Assembly: GCA_964304625.1 (NCBI GenBank)
Contig: OZ199839.1
Location: forward strand, 10,137,087-10,201,086
Direction of reading: 5' to 3'
Length of the DNA: 64,000 bases
Source of the DNA: Kudoa neothunni
Lineage: Eukaryota > Animalia > Cnidaria
In this document: positions 15,616 through 31,000 of the stretch, piece by piece
Numbering within the stretch: position 1 is the first letter of the stretch
Layout of the letters: each line of letters starts with the position of its first letter
The notes under the pieces: model-generated
Told to the model about the DNA's origin: nothing
The model's database searches: none
Seen by the model: only the letters and a program-made list of their open reading frames with translations
Program-made: the position numbers and the translations under genes

Positions 15616-16677
15616 TCTACTATCTACTATATATATATATATATATATATAAAGCTGAAGTGTGTGTCAGCAAGTACGCATGTGCATAAAACATTTTTCC
15701 TTATAGAGAGACATTTATGAAGTTTTGTAAAAATCATAATGTTTAAAAAAATCTTTGAATCCTTTTCACGTTACCAAGTGTTCCCAAAAGTGTTTAGAAA
15801 ATGGTGCTTTAGTCGTTTCAACGTTTGTTTAACGGATTACTTGAGTCCAAGAATTGAATTAACATTGGCTTATACCATGGTGAAGGTCGGTTGAAGTTAA
15901 CATTCTCCCTTATATGCTCTATTAAATGTCAATTAAGCGGTGCCAACTATCTTTATGTATAAGGTTGGCGTTTGTGCAAATACACTCCTTATTTGTGGAG
16001 TTTCAGCGTATAAGACTTGATAAGTATATTTTAAAGTTCTAGTAATGGTTTTAGATATGATTAAAAGTTTATATATGTTTCATGAATAGCGAAATGGTAG
16101 AGAACGTTAAAATTACATTAATTGAAGCATTAAAATTGAAATACTGCGTGCGTAGATTTCATTGAAATCGTCCGTTAAGTTTAACTTTCCGTGATTAAAT
16201 TCAGTGCAGATGGTTGCAATTTTATTTCACCAAATTACTTCAATTGTTTATGTTGGAGTTGGCGCGATTTGTAGCTGTTTATGGGAAAACGTGCGCTAAA
16301 CTTTTGCTGGGACAAGGGATAATAAGTCGAGCAATACAAATTAATTTTCTTCTATCTCCTTATATTTTTCTGTTTATTTGTCTCCCACAAATAGTGTTAG
16401 TGATAGTGATGCACAAATTTCCTGGGCCGAGCGAGAATTCGACTTTGAAAAATCCCAGATTCACAAAATAACGTTTTAAATAGCACTTTAAGGGAATTTT
16501 AATAATCCAAGGATACAAATTAAATACGACACAGATGTTAAATTACAAAGCTTACAAAAAAATTTTAATTTGATTTAATCTATAGGTTAATTTGAAATAT
16601 TAATATCTTTTTTGAATGTTATTAAGAAATTTTTCAGTGCTTATTACTCCCAAGCAATGCTGGGCAGTTCGCGCCAG
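15616..16677 (+). mobile_element. Non-autonomous Helitron-like element
   Basis: A|TCTACTAT...(TA)n AAAGC...GTGTGTGTCAG head; 3' hairpin CCCAAGCAATGCTGGG followed by GCGCCAG|T (CTAG-like end). Confidence 0.6.
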
Positions 16678-17114
16678 TATATAAAAAAGATGAATAACTA
16701 TTGAAACCGCCTTTTAAAAACACTCAGTAAATATGAGGTATAAATTTAAATTATATTGTTTCCTTGAAAAAAAGGATAAAAATATATTTCCATTAATAAC
16801 TTAAACCAAGTTTTCTTCCAAAAGATGAGAAAACTTTTTCTACTTAATTTTACAGAAACAGTTGTAAGATTTAGGTAGTAACAACCATTAAACACAAATC
16901 TTTAAGACCTTTATAGGGTATAGGGTGGAAACTAGGCTATAATTAAACATTTGATATTTTAGTTTTAAATCTATCAAAATATTAAAAATTATATTTTCGA
17001 AATTATACTAGAACCGATTCACTTAATATTAAAAGAAAACTATTTAATGAATTTGAATTGGATCAACATATTTTTGCAGATGATAAAAAATAAACAACTA
17101 CTTATAGAAAACAA

Positions 17115-18080
17115 TTATTCTTCTTGTGTAGGTGGTTGTGTTTGTGGTGATTTCTCAAACATTTCATTAAGTTTGGTTTTAAGTTTGATGGTATGCTGCT
17201 CCAGTTTTTTGACGGTGGGATTGTTTTTGAGTTTGGATTGCAATGTATCACGAGGGGCAATTTTTGGGGTAAGCTCGCTTGCCTGAGGTTTGTTATCGTC
17301 AAACATATCGGTAGTTTCGCGATAGTATTCTTTGGAAAATAGAAGCGGTTTGAGTTTTCCGCTTTCCAAATTTTCACCACTGCAATACAAACTAAACGCG
17401 GTCACTTTGCATTCTACTTTTATCATATCGACAAGTTGGATGGCTTCCGAGAATTTTCCCATTAACATCAGTGTGTTAGCTATCGTGAGTGTGGAAGTTT
17501 GCATGAGATTGAATTCGTTGTATTGTTTCGCCAATTCTCTCGAAGTGTTCAATACTCGAATAGCTTCAGGGTAATTTCGCTTGGAAAGCGTACACATGCC
17601 CAATTTTAAGTTGGCGTACATCGAAGCGAGTGGTACAATTCGTTGTGGTAACAGTTCGATGGAGTTCTCAATAAGATTAACCATTTTTTTCAAATAGTCC
17701 TCTCCTACTATTGATAATTCATCACAGAAGTCGATTCTATTTGTACCATTAAGATTTAAATTAAAACAGGTCGCATACTTAAACAAATCTCACATTATTT
17801 GGAGCATTTCTAGTTCGTTATTTTGTTGTTGGCTTTTCGTCAAAAACTCAATTTTATAAAAATATAATTTGTAATAGGCTTCTAAATCATATTTTTCTTG
17901 ACATTTCTCCATGTTCTCGTCTATAACTCTAAGTTTATCCTCATAAGTGGACTTGGAATGATCTAGGTTGTGGAATATTTTTTCTAATTTCTGTGGTGAA
18001 ATAAAATTTTTCTTTTTATCTTTTTCATATTCCTTGATCCAATGGCTTAGATTATATTCTTCCTTCTTTTCTTTGCTCAT
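17115..18080 (-). CDS. TPR-like alpha-helical repeat protein, function unknown (~300 aa)
   Basis: Two in-frame ORFs joined by a 57-nt GT-AG intron (17793-17737). TPR-like LGMCTLSKRNYPEAIRVLNTSRELA and IANTLMLMGKFSEAIQL. The ATG directly follows TTTTTAG, so an upstream exon is possible. Confidence 0.7.
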
Positions 18081-20088
18081 CTAAAAATGTAACACAATTT
18101 CTGTTGGTAAATAGGTGGTTGCTTAGGTGTGAGCGTCCTTATGAATAATATTTAAATTCCTAGAGACCTACATATTCGTCTACCCAAGTTTTATAACAGA
18201 CAAAATCAACTAAATTTTAACTATAACTGCTTTATATTCGTATAGCTTTCTAACATCGAAGGAAATATCATATTTTCGTAGTATTATAAGATTGTGGGTA
18301 TCTCATTTATTTTTTAAACTCAACAAATTATTTAAACCTTAATAATATTTCTATATTATCCTGCGTGTCATAGAATTCAATTTAATTCTCAATATCCAGG
18401 TAAGAGCATACGCAAAATAATACTTTAATCGAATTTTATTGAAATAACCAATGCGCCGACTTAAAATAGGTTTTTATTGGTTTGTAGACAACTTTATCTT
18501 TTAATATATTTGCAATTTAATCTTGAAATGTAGAAAAAACGCGTAGATCATTTGAATCAATTTTCTTAACCTTCTAAGTAGTTGAAAAATTTACATCCTC
18601 TAAATAAAAATGAAGTTGGAATCAGCTCACTTTTTTATTTGATGGAATTGTTTCTGACAAAAGTCAGCATTGATTGACAAAATATGAGGAAAATTCAATG
18701 AGTAAATTTTGAATAAATGACCAATTATTAAAGTTATATTCTGTGTACGCATGTGCAAAGATTAATGTTGTTTCATTCCTATGGAGTACGATTGTATTTA
18801 TAGGTGTATTTATACGGTTTTTAGTTTTAACATTTAATTCAAGTTTTATAACAGCATCCAATTAATTTATCTTATTTAAACAACGCAGTGTAAAATTACG
18901 CAGAAAAACACAAAACTTGTCAAAATGTTGAAAAATTATATCATATATTTTTTTAATGCTCTCTACAACGCTGTATGAAGCAAACTGATGAAAAATCAGC
19001 ACATCTTGAATAGCTAGTATAAGAATAATGAGAAAACGAGGTGCTATCGTTGTATTCTTGAAAGGACCGCATGCTTATGTCGACATCGCATGTATAGTTT
19101 TCCGTTATTTATTCATTATTTACTCGTTAGTATTTCCGCAAATTTTTAAAAATGGCACGTATCAATATTTGAAATAATTCTATGAAAGAAAAATGGGAGG
19201 TAGATTTCAGCCCCAATTTTATTTGTAAGGTGTTTTTACGTTAACTTCTTTGATACATGGCAAAAAAATTATAAATTCATTTTTCTGAAAGCTTTCAGAA
19301 AGATAAAGGGTTGCAATAACTAGAGATGAGTTATGTTCTAATAATACGTTATAATATTGCTGGCAAAATTCATTTGGGGTAGAAATCGATCACATTTTCA
19401 TTTTACTTAGAGGGCTAAAAAGCTTAAAACATTTCCGATGCGTATGCGTCTATCTATGGGGGATTAAATCTTTTTCTCCCAATTTTATTCTCATGTAAAT
19501 TTTGTTTCCCATATACGAAAAATTTATTAATAAGACAAACTTCTCGATAATTAAATGATTTTTTCTTTTCTGATTGACTGCAGAATATCTCCTCCTCTTC
19601 AATTTTGTACTCTTTATCATAATGTTAATATAATGAAAAATATAATTTTCTAATTCTCTGATATAGTTACCGTTAATAATGATTTCATTTGAATAGGATC
19701 CATCATTTTCAGTATTAATATGTAACATTATAGAAAACAAAATTTCAACCTTTCAAATAAACTGTTCTATCGTTAACAGAGACCATGCTTATTTGTGATT
19801 AGTGTGAAAAACCGCCATTTACTTGTTTGTAACAGAATCTGGAATTATAATCTATATATATAATTATTTAAACTTTACAAGGATTTTTTAAAATATGCAT
19901 TTTATACATTCAAAAAATTTTAATCACAAAAAAATGTTTTTATAAATATTAATCTGTCATTATTTTTTCATTTAGCTTTCAAGAAATGGATGTAAACAGG
20001 ATGAAAAAATATATAAACTAAAACTAATATAATTCTTTTAAAAAAGTGTTATTTATAAAAAAAATATATTTATTTAACTTGTCAAATA

Positions 20089-20630
20089 CAGTGCACCTTC
20101 GGACATCCACCATAATCCCTTTTAGATGTGTGTTCGAATTCCGAATCAATTTTTCCCGTATAAAGAAATGAAAATTAGTTCAATCTGTACCTCTCATCAT
20201 ATAAACGACTATGTTTATTCTTATTTATTAAAAAACAAGCATACCGTGTGTTCATAAAGCATAAAGCATAAAAAATAAATATTAAATATAATAATAAAAT
20301 AAGGGTATATGATGTAACACAAGCTCCGAATTGGGATTCGAACCTGTGTTATTAGCATTAGAAGGCGGCGGTGCCATACTATTCAATTCTAGATCGCTCA
20401 TATGTTTGATGGATTACAACCTTTATAATCGACATGTTACATAGGATAAATATTTTTTGGTCACCATACGTTAGATTATGAAGGGTATTCTTTCAACGAC
20501 GTTTGCACGAATTTCCGCCTAGAATTTCTTTTTTTCTCCAATTGAATTTGTTCTTAATAACCTTTCTATTTGTTCGAACTCAAATACATTTCTGACTCAA
20601 AATTTTTGGTTGAACTCCGAATTTGCATTG
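20089..20630. mobile_element. pogo/Tigger-type MITE
   Basis: TA-flanked imperfect TIRs: CAGTGCACCTTCGGACATCCA versus reverse-complemented right end CAATGCAAATTCGGAGTTCAA. Confidence 0.65.
20320..20390 (-). pseudogene. tRNA-derived fragment (pseudo-tRNA or SINE head)
   Basis: B-box GGTTCGAATCC and an anticodon-like loop CTTCTAA on the minus strand, but the stems pair poorly. Confidence 0.45.
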
Positions 20631-22263
20631 TATATAAAATTAAAAATAAGAACCGCGTTATTACTGTTTGACTCCAAGATATGCAGAGCTTAAGATAAAA
20701 AAACAAATATAAACATAACTACCATGTTTTAATATTATGAAATAATACATTTATCGTGTAAAATTAACTATTTAATGAGTAAATTATTGGAGTTTAGATA
20801 CACACGACAATAATCTGTTTATTACGAAAAATTCAACATAAAAAGATTGTTTAATCATTTATTGAACACATCTCAGAAAAATTATTCAATAATTGATAAA
20901 ACTCGTAATTTCGTATGGCATTGCACATGATCTAACTGCGAAATATAAAGAGAGTGCGCATTATCCAGGTTTGGTTGGTTACATAGGATAAAATTATGAA
21001 TTTTTTTTCTGTGTTATATTGAATAGTAAATGTAATTTGTTTTGATTTTTGTATTTTGAGGGATCCAGTGTGTTTATTAGATATTAGTTAAAACCCACTA
21101 CACAATATCACAATTCGCAATATCAAGAGACGACTACATTTCCATTATTAATTTCCCATAACTCAACCTAATAAAGTTCGCATATTTTCGCACACCTTCG
21201 TGCTAAATTTGGATGTTGAGAAAATTTGTTTTAACCCAAAATTCTGACAAACTTTGCAATATATAAATTTAATAATGAATATTTTTTATAATTTAAAACT
21301 ACGGATCACGCAGTCACTCTAACAATAACGATTAAATTGGCTAAGAAATTGTCATTTAGATTAGAATTTTGTACATTTTTTAATTTTTAAGTTGAAGAAA
21401 TCTCACCACGAAACATTATTATTATTATTATCATGAAATTATTCGAGGAGAATAGTTCAAACTAATTTACATACATTTATCAACAAGATCATTAATCTTC
21501 TTTCTCAGTAAAATGTTTACCTTTAAAAGTATAGCTAAATAATGATCTACTTAGATACTGTCGAAGTTACTGAATGATGTTTGAATTAAAATTGTTTATA
21601 AGACCTTTCGAAAAAAAGCGAAACCCATCAAATCTTGGTACAATCGCCAACAAAAATAATAAAATTACTAAATATCGCAATATTTTCAATCAATAATAAT
21701 TTATATATAACTGGATTTTGTCATTTTGGATTATTTTTAGCTTAAAAAGACCAAAATATCTTGTTATAAAATAATTATTTACAACAAAAATTATTCTGAC
21801 AAATAAAAATTATTTTAGAGCAATTTTCGTATAAATTAAAAAATTCATTGGTAAAAATTAAATAGATATAATCAATAATTCGAATTTAAATAAATAAATA
21901 TATGTGTGCTTTTAATTTCTCATTGTATGAACAATATGGTTATTACATTGATGGAACGTTTATAATTACTGTTTATTCGGTTCAATCAATAATAAATATT
22001 CCATTATTTGAACGAGTATCTTATAGCTTGGGAATTGTTAGATAAATTAATGCGATTTTGATCCATGAAAAATAAATCCCTAAATAACAATTTTGTTCCG
22101 ATTAATACACTAATTTACGTATGGATATATGGTGTTCGCATGCGTATTCTAGTAAAAACTTAACCGAGATTATCCCCTAAGTGGCCACCACCTGTCGTAA
22201 TTTAGGTTAGGCGTTTTGATCGGTGACTTGACATTAACAACCCCTCCACTTGATTATATTCGA

Positions 22264-23845
22264 ATGGCAACTGAAGACAACTCAAAAATATTAACATGTA
22301 GAAATCAGGGCTGCGGCAAAAGCTACACTCAAGATGAAAATACATCGGGTAGAAATCATTAAATATGATTTTTTTAATTTTTTGGCCATAATTCACGTGC
22401 CCATTCAGAAAGTTGTCGATATCACTCTAAACCGCCTTATTTTCATGACGCAATAAAGGTAACTAGATAGAAGAATGATGTGAGTGTTACAATGCAAAAT
22501 TGACAATTATTTCAGATATGGCCTTGTTGTGATAAAAAGTCATATAATTTTTCTGATTTCCTGGCTATTCCAGTATACACTCTTTTGTATAACTTTCCGG
22601 CAACTTTTCTTCTGTAATAGGGATGTACTATATCATTTCATAACCATGTTCCCAATACAGAGCTTCTTTACGATATAAAAAATAAACTGAAACAATCACC
22701 TGAATCCATAGCGAGGGTATTATGTGCTCATTAACATTGTTTTATGTCGATTCTAATGAGAATATCTTGTCGAACCATAAAATTTGCAATATTTATTTTT
22801 TTCTAAAATTAGGAGAATGAAATGTTGAAGAAAAAAGCATTAAATGCAGAACCTATCAACATTCATGAAAGAGAGTAGCTATTGTGTGTTTTGTTTTAAA
22901 AGTTTAACGTGCTTCAAGATCGTTCTTCATCGAATCCCCTTTAAATGTTACAGTCCAAGTGCAACCATCATCAACTCTTGTTGAGCAAATACAGCAATTG
23001 AAAACATCTACATCAAATAACCCAGTAAAATCACCCGAAAACCAAGAGACGTCTATCGATCCTAAAAACATTCCTTTTGGAACAAAATGTCGTCGAAATG
23101 TGTGCGACAAAGTAGCCCAACTGTCACATTAACCCTCAACTACATCATTCCGTTAGATCTACAAAAATCAGCTCGACCTTAATGAAGAGTGTGTGTACCA
23201 CGATGGAACACCTATTTTTCATGATGGAAGCAAATATTGGAGTTGTTGTCGTATTAAAAAGTCAGACTTTAATGAATTTTGGCGCCAAAAGGGTTGTTGT
23301 GTTGGTTTGCATGATTTTATGTCTCCTATAAAAGTATATCCATCACGTTCAGCATTTATTCTTTAATTGTCTTTATTTTAGAATTTGTTGCCCTCGTGCA
23401 GGTGAGAATTTTACATTGGCGTAGATAGATCTTTTGAAATGAGATAGATATGACTTCTATCAACAAGGAGATAAAATAACAATCACATTTTACGCCAAAA
23501 TGATAGATTATACAGAGTGTAACATTATCTGTGATCCATACCATGTATTATTGATTCTAAGTTATATTTTTTAACAACCCTATCCAACTATCTAAATAGG
23601 TTATGGTGGAATTCCCGTATCAACCAGATCGAAAATTCTTCTCCAAAACTATTGACCTTTTTGATGTAAATTTCACGAATAATAAAGCCAAGTTTTTTTA
23701 TTTGGTGTAAATTAAGGAAATTTTCCCTCAAAAAACCATTTCCACCGCTACACCATTCAAACTGGAAGTCAAACTCACCGCTGTCGGCGGAAATAAAGCT
23801 TGGTCGTCTCTCGAACATCATTCTTCTAATGTTGAAAATGTTTAA
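22264..23845 (+). CDS. CHORDC1: CHORD domain-containing Hsp90 co-chaperone (two CHORD domains plus CS domain)
   Basis: About 11 exons. CHORD1: [51 protein letters not shown]2: [44 protein letters not shown]: [30 protein letters not shown]. Absent from the ORF track. Confidence 0.95.
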
Positions 23846-24228
23846 TTGCTTACCTGTTTGCTCTAGATATAGTTTTTAGTATCTTCATATAACATCGTAT
23901 AAAATAAACAAGGAGTTTATTGTATTTTTTTCATGTGATATACACCTAAATAAAATTACACTATTTCTGTTGTTATATGTCATTTTTTCTCATCCTCTAA
24001 ATTAATCACTTTTCATATTTATTATAATTATTGTTCGCAAAAAGTATTTAATATTTTAAAAACACTTTTTGGGTCGCTCGTTTTATTTTATCGTATAAAA
24101 TCACAAAGAGAAAATTCAATAACCTCTCCTACGTATGTGTCAAATACATACACAATATTTTAAACGACAATAGTTGACCTGTAAACAATCTACCAGTTAA
24201 TTTGTGATCATAAATATTTTCCACGAGC

Positions 24229-25119
24229 CAGTGGCGCACAAACTACGGTCCCCAATGGGCTTTTTTGTGGCCCACATTGAACCCTAATTAATAATTAAGT
24301 TCAGATTAATGGTATACTTTTAAATGAAATTAAGAAAGCATTAGATTATTTAACTTCAATTGATTTATCTAGATATTGCATATATCGAGAACACCTAATG
24401 AAGCTACTAAAAGATTTATTGTTATTAACCACATCACCGTGTGATATAAAAACGTTTTTTAATCGAAGTTCATGTATCAATTTTAATTATTTCTTCTTGA
24501 GTGTGTATGGAGCAGAAAAAAATCATATAGGTACTGGGCGGATTTATGTTTAATAAATTCGCTTGACAATGCTGACCCAAAATTTAAGTTCAGTTAAAAT
24601 AAGATTAATAATTAAAGTACGTTTTATAAACAATGTGAAATAATAAGGTATTTATATTGTGCGTAAAAATGAAAAGTTTCTGCTACAAAAATAAATAAAT
24701 CGTAAAATTAACTTTGACACAAGGATTACATCCGTTAGAGCTGATAACGAGCATATATTTAAGGAAAATTTAAACTGCACTTCACATATGCACATATAAC
24801 CATTTTGCTTAAATATGATGTACCTCATATTTAATTCAGCTTATTTTTATTTTATTTCCAAGCTAAGACGATTGTAATTCGAAAAGACGTTGACGATGAC
24901 GATGATAATAGAAAATTTAATGGCGCCTAGACAGAAAAATATTGTTTTATTCAACAGGGGACGAATATTATTTGTTTTCTATGTCATTATTTATTCAATT
25001 TAAAACTTTTAGTAAATTTATCCTAAATACGAGCTATAACTTTATTTTAAACTTTCTGGCCCGGGAAGTTTTTGAAGATTAAAATTTGGTCCGAGGCCTC
25101 GAAAGTTTGTGCATCACTG
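24229..25119. mobile_element. hAT-type non-autonomous element
   Basis: TIRs CAGTGGCGCACAAACT versus reverse-complemented CAGTGATGCACAAACT (14/16); decayed 8-bp flanks CCACGAGC/CCGTAAGC. Confidence 0.75.
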
Positions 25120-28024
25120 CCGTAAGCTAAACTTGAGTGTAATTATAATAAGAATTATAATTTTTTCTAATTTTTTTAATTATTGTAACGCCTCCAATTG
25201 GACAATACACTCTATATCTTTTGAGTTAAATATTAATCAAGAAATTATTTCTCTAATAATGATATTATAAAATGTTTTTGGGCACTTGTTTGAAATTAAA
25301 CTAAATGCTGTTGATTAATTATTGAGTAATGGCTGAAACGAGCATTGCCAAAATTCAATAAATTGTGTATTTTATTCAATACATGACTAATTTAAGTCAT
25401 ATAACCATTCCTAAATATGACGTTAAAAATATTTTATCAATAAAGATGAAATATGTTTTTAAGGTTTTAAAAAATCAATCATACATTAAGAAAAATTAAA
25501 AGTTTAATTATTTTTTTGGAGTCAAATAATTGTTTTATTTAGATCATTTTGAGCTGGGTTCTCAAAAAAGTAATTGGCAATGGGAACTGAATGTTTATTT
25601 GTTTATCTCGAGAGAGGTGGTCACACAGATAAGATTTTTTTTAATAGAACGATGCTCGCTTATAGCGACGTTTTGTTCGACTCTTTTAACGTTATTGTGA
25701 ATATATTTTTTAAGTAGATTATCATCTAATTGCTCTAACAGTTTGAACAATTAGTCAGATAGATCCAAAAAAATACTTTTACTAATATAAAATGAGTTAA
25801 TTAAGCTAATATCAATCGTAATGTAGAAAACAGTGGTTATACATTGATTAGTCTAATTTTTGACACTTGGTGTGGGAATAATTCTATTAAACTTGTCTAC
25901 TCAGACGTTGTATTGAATATGATAAATTATAAAATCTGTTTACTATCGCTCTTTGTCTTCAATTTTTGTATTTAATGAAGTTCACAGCCGCAAAACATCT
26001 TTATTTTTCTTTCAGAGGCGCGAAATTAGCATTAATTTATATTGGAACAATAATCTGTTGCCACAAACATTTCGTTTTTCGCCACTTATCTTTTTTAAAT
26101 ATTGAGGAATGCTCCTCTTGTTGCATCGAATTGTTCATTGTTTGGTTATAAAAATGTAAGAATTCGATGCAAGAGAAATAGACGTGAATAAATTGTCAAA
26201 AACAATATTCCAATCACAATCCTTGAAATTGTTCACAAGATCTAACACGACATTCTCCCTGATATTTTTTACTCGTTGATTATATTTAGTCCTCCCAAAA
26301 TACAACGTTATTTTGAGTAAATATCTGTCACAAGAGAAATGAAAGATAAAAATTTGATGTCACGAAAAAAGTCGATTTTGATGGAATACATTGTTTAAAA
26401 AAATTCTCCATGAAAATCAACCCGTTGTTCGAACATTGTCAAATTTGCTTTGATTATAACAAGCTAAGAAGTGCAACCTTCCTAGTTTTTACTGATTTCC
26501 AGTAACAGACAAAGTTTATCTGTAGATCGTCGAACTTCAAAATTATCAACGTTAACGCCCTTAGTATTCGAGTAAATCATTTTCGGCCAATTATTTTTCT
26601 AAATATGACTTTTTTCCATGCTCCAGAGCAGTTTTATAGACTCCAACTTACATTAAAACACACAAGAACGCAATGTAAGTTTTTATTATCGTATTAGTCA
26701 AAGTTTTCCTACTATGTCCATAATGAGTAAACCCAAATTTGTTCATGTTTGATATTATAACTGAAAAATGAGTTCTATTAAAAAAGATCAAAAAAGAATC
26801 AATCAGTTGGGAGATTCTCGTTTAAACGTGCATTGCTAATTCAGGGTGTTGGTTAATAATATTTTTCTCTTGGTTTCCGTTGTTCTAGGCTTTTCCAATC
26901 GATCATTTATCTCTATTTTCACCAACTCAGCAATATTCACTAATTTATCCACCAGAAAATTAGATTAGAATTTAAAATTAAACTCATTGAGGTCTTCATA
27001 AATTTTATTGGCCTCAATATCAACATTGCACAATAATTCTTGTTCAAAATTGCTCATCTTTAAAAATTATATTGACGGTTAGAATCGTTAGTGATGGGGT
27101 TAAATTTTATTATTCTCTACGTGTTATTTTTAAGAATTTAATTTTCAATTTAAAAAAAATTACTCCAAAATATTTAATCTGTAATTAAGAATTAAATAAG
27201 TTTTATAAGAAAAATAATTAGAGAAGTGTAAATATTTGTTTACATATCTAATTATGTTTAAATTTTTTTCATTACTTTTTCTTTCAAAATAGGCTAATTT
27301 TAATAGTAAAATATCAGGCGTTATAAATAAAAATTTGATTTATAAACTGGCTAAAAATACGACTCAAAATCGTTTATTCAATGAGAGCCAACAACGAAGA
27401 CATTAGTAAGGTTAACCGCAAAATATAAGAATTTTTGTTATAACTAGGCGTTAAAAAATAAGTGTAAACAAATTCTATTATCACCTAACCAACTATTTAC
27501 TAAATATGATCTCAATTTAAGATGATATTAATATTTTGTCAACAAATATTTCCCAATGAATGGCAAAATGTTTTTTATTCGCGTAATCTTACTGATAGAT
27601 TTCTATTTATTCTAGTCTAAATAGAAATTATATTATCTAAGTAAAGTAACAAGGCAAAATAAAAGTGCGCCTACAATGAGATTTTTCTATGGTCGCCAGA
27701 GAATTACGTACACCCGTTTAGCTACTAGCTACTGTAATTAGATAATTTAACTTTGACGAACAAAATTATGAAGTGCATTTTTATTTAATATCACTTTACT
27801 TTAAAAATAAATACAGGCTTAAACTTAATAATTTTAATAGCAATAAAACTCCATCAATTTTAATCTAAGACAAACTTTCATTTTTAATAACTTAATAAAT
27901 TATTAAAACGGCTTAATTTAGCGTTTAAATTCAACAACTCAGCTAGAAAGGGCTATCATATTAATACATCAAATAAAAATCTAACATAACTAAGTGGTTG
28001 GAGCATCTACAAGGTACAAGGAAT

Positions 28025-31000
28025 CTACATTGAATCTTCAATAACAGGTTCGTTCATGGAAACGGGCTCATTTTCAGTAGCGACTGAGGTTGGATAGTTG
28101 GAAACAATATCTTCTTGGACAATGTTGAATTGATTTTGAGAGTCATTTATCTATAAAATAATCAAAACTCATAATTCAAAGCAAGCCTTACCTTAGTTCC
28201 GTCTGACTCATCATCTTCAATAGTAGGAGGTTGTATGAAATAGGGAATTTTACCACGTTGAAAATCACTGATAATCATTTTGGCGACAGTATTAATATCG
28301 GGTTCACCTCCCTATTCCACGTCGCAAATCGTTAATATTATTGAAAATAAGAGGAACCCCATCAAAAATTACCTTCAACAAACGACCATATTTAACAGCA
28401 ACCTTTTCCAGAAAATTCTCCCCATTTGTCCATTCTAAAACGCCATATGTTCTTTGCATGTATTTTGGTTCGACTCTTTGAAGCAACTCATCCAGATAAA
28501 TATAGGCATCTTTGATGTATTCCACACGAACCACACCTTTTAATACAATATCAGCTTCAGTTTGGGTGCTGTCAGGGGGAACAACGCCTGGGCAGTCAAT
28601 CAAAAATATTTTTTTCAGCAGTGTAATGTATTGCCAAACCTAAGGACATAACTCATTAGTTAACAGTTGATGAGGAGATTTTCGACTTTGGTTTCACCGG
28701 GGATAGGTGCAACATTACAGACTTTCTTCATTTTCAATGTGTTGATAATAGAACTCTTACCCACATTAGGATAACCAATAATGCCGACGCTAATATTTTT
28801 TTTGTCGGAGTGCAACTAAATTTCCAAGGTTAGATTTTATTTAAGAGATCACTGAAAATCGCACTCTACTAAACTGTCGCAATAGTTGAAAAACGGCATT
28901 TTTGCCAAATGACTTCTTCATATCCGCATGAAATGCAATACATGGATAGTCTTTGGAGAGAATAAATAACCACTTTTTCTAAATTGCAACAAACTTAACT
29001 CATGATGAACTGGGCACTTCATCTTACAACAACCCATGACGGAACCAAGTCACATTTGTTTAAAATGAGTATCATGTGTTTGAAGGGTTTTTCAGTTTTG
29101 ATATATCGTTCAATTTTCGAGCTACGAGTGCCCATAGGATCTCTCGCGTCAAGAACCTAAGATAATAATTTTGTGTTACTACGTGAATGTACACATACAG
29201 CCATGACTAACACCAAAAAGTAAGCTAATAACTCCTTAAGTTTATCAAATCAACTCAATTTTTGTCTTAAGAAAATTGTAAAATCTTTGAATCCACAGAA
29301 ATTTTAATAATAAACTAATATCTAATTGAACATAGGGAAATACACTAACAAAAAAACGAACCCTTAACAATAAATATATTCAATCAAATAACTAATCCAA
29401 ACAATAATCTTCAATTAAGAATGTAAAGAGAAAAATATCGTTATGCTATATTTTAGGAACTTTGGTGTCATAGCGAATTCGAGTCCAAGAACCTCATTAT
29501 TATAATTATTTTTGTCCAAACATTTTTAAATCAATTAGGAAAGTTATTTACTAACATGAATATAATTAATATGTCGTGATTTTTGTCACAACCCACTCGA
29601 TCAAAGTACTAAAAAACATATTGATTGAGATTATAACTAATCGACAGTTCAAATAAATGGACTATTATTTGCGTGCATTTTCTATATCTCTACCTTAATT
29701 ATATTACCAAGAAATTATGTCACAAAATAACAAACATAATAAAGATATCGAATCCACTTCAGATTTAAATCGTTGTTCTAAGTCAAAAATACGTCGTAAA
29801 AAATGATGGAAGTATTATTTACCATAAAAATAATTAAAATATTTAAGAAAAACATAATCCCATTAATCCTTATAAATATCACTTTCAAAAATTCATTAAT
29901 ATTAGGTATTAGTACGCGAATTTTGACAAAAACATACTTTCATGTACACCATGGAAAATACAAGTTTAAATTAACGTATGGCATTAATGGATAATCTAAA
30001 AAATTAATAAAGCGCAAAAAACGCATTAAATATTTTCCCCCCATTTAAAGCGAATAATTGAATCGTTTTTTTCGCAAATGATCGTTTAATTATGAATACT
30101 AAAATTCTCCATTATTTCAATCCCACAAAAATGTACACAAGACTCTAAAATAATAAATTTGGTGGAATTTTAATTTTAAATTTATAACTACGTAAAAATA
30201 AAGTTAAACATAAATGAATAATACTTTGGGGGTGATATTCAGTAAAAGCCCCCCAAAATATACATAATTTTAATAAATACTAAAAATATTTATAGTTTTT
30301 TTTAATTAAAAAATAATAAAGTTTAAAATCGATTATTAGGAAAATTCGGGCCAGCGATTTCTTTACCTTACGGCGGGCGAGCGAGCGGTATAACGGGGTT
30401 CCGGTTAACAGGACATAAATAATGTCATGTGCAAGCGTATTTTAAAATTTCTATTTAAAGCATTGTTTACTCGAGTTATAAACAATTTTTACCAGTTGTC
30501 AAGTAAAATATTTTAACTTCTAAAACTTTAATAAAAAATATTGGCATATCTATTAACTAAGAATGTGGAGACTCAACAGAAAAAATAGTACATGATTATG
30601 GGAGAAAAACACATCTATAAAGGAATAAACTATTTTTTTAAATAATCGGTAATTAATGTTTTTTTAATATACTTAAAGGCATATATTAAAATATAGTATA
30701 AATTTACATAGAAACTGAACGCTTATCCTATGTTTTCAAAGGAGAATTTATAAATAATTAACAGAAATATTTTTGTTTCAAATATTGCATTGATATATAT
30801 CAGATGTGGCTAAACGGAGGCTCTTGAAAAACATTTTTTTGAGTTGAATTTTTTTTAATTCCACCGGCACGTTAACTCGAGAAAACTGCAATGTTTAAAC
30901 TATTTTATCAAGTGAATAAACGAATTCTTTAATTGTAAACTAAATAATATTTTTGGTTGGAAAACATAGTCAAAAACTACCATATAGTTTTAATATTTTA

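Noticed and set aside
17787-17792. In-frame TGA between two ORFs (readthrough, selenocysteine or alternative code)
   Set aside because: The TGA lies inside a canonical 57-nt GT-AG intron; all genes translate with the standard code.
25550-27130. Coding-like decayed sequence, perhaps a transposase
   Set aside because: No recognisable motif or termini by eye.
30340-30415. GC-rich island in a GNL2 intron as a snoRNA or other ncRNA
   Set aside because: No C/D or H/ACA boxes or clear stem; more likely a TE subterminal fragment.
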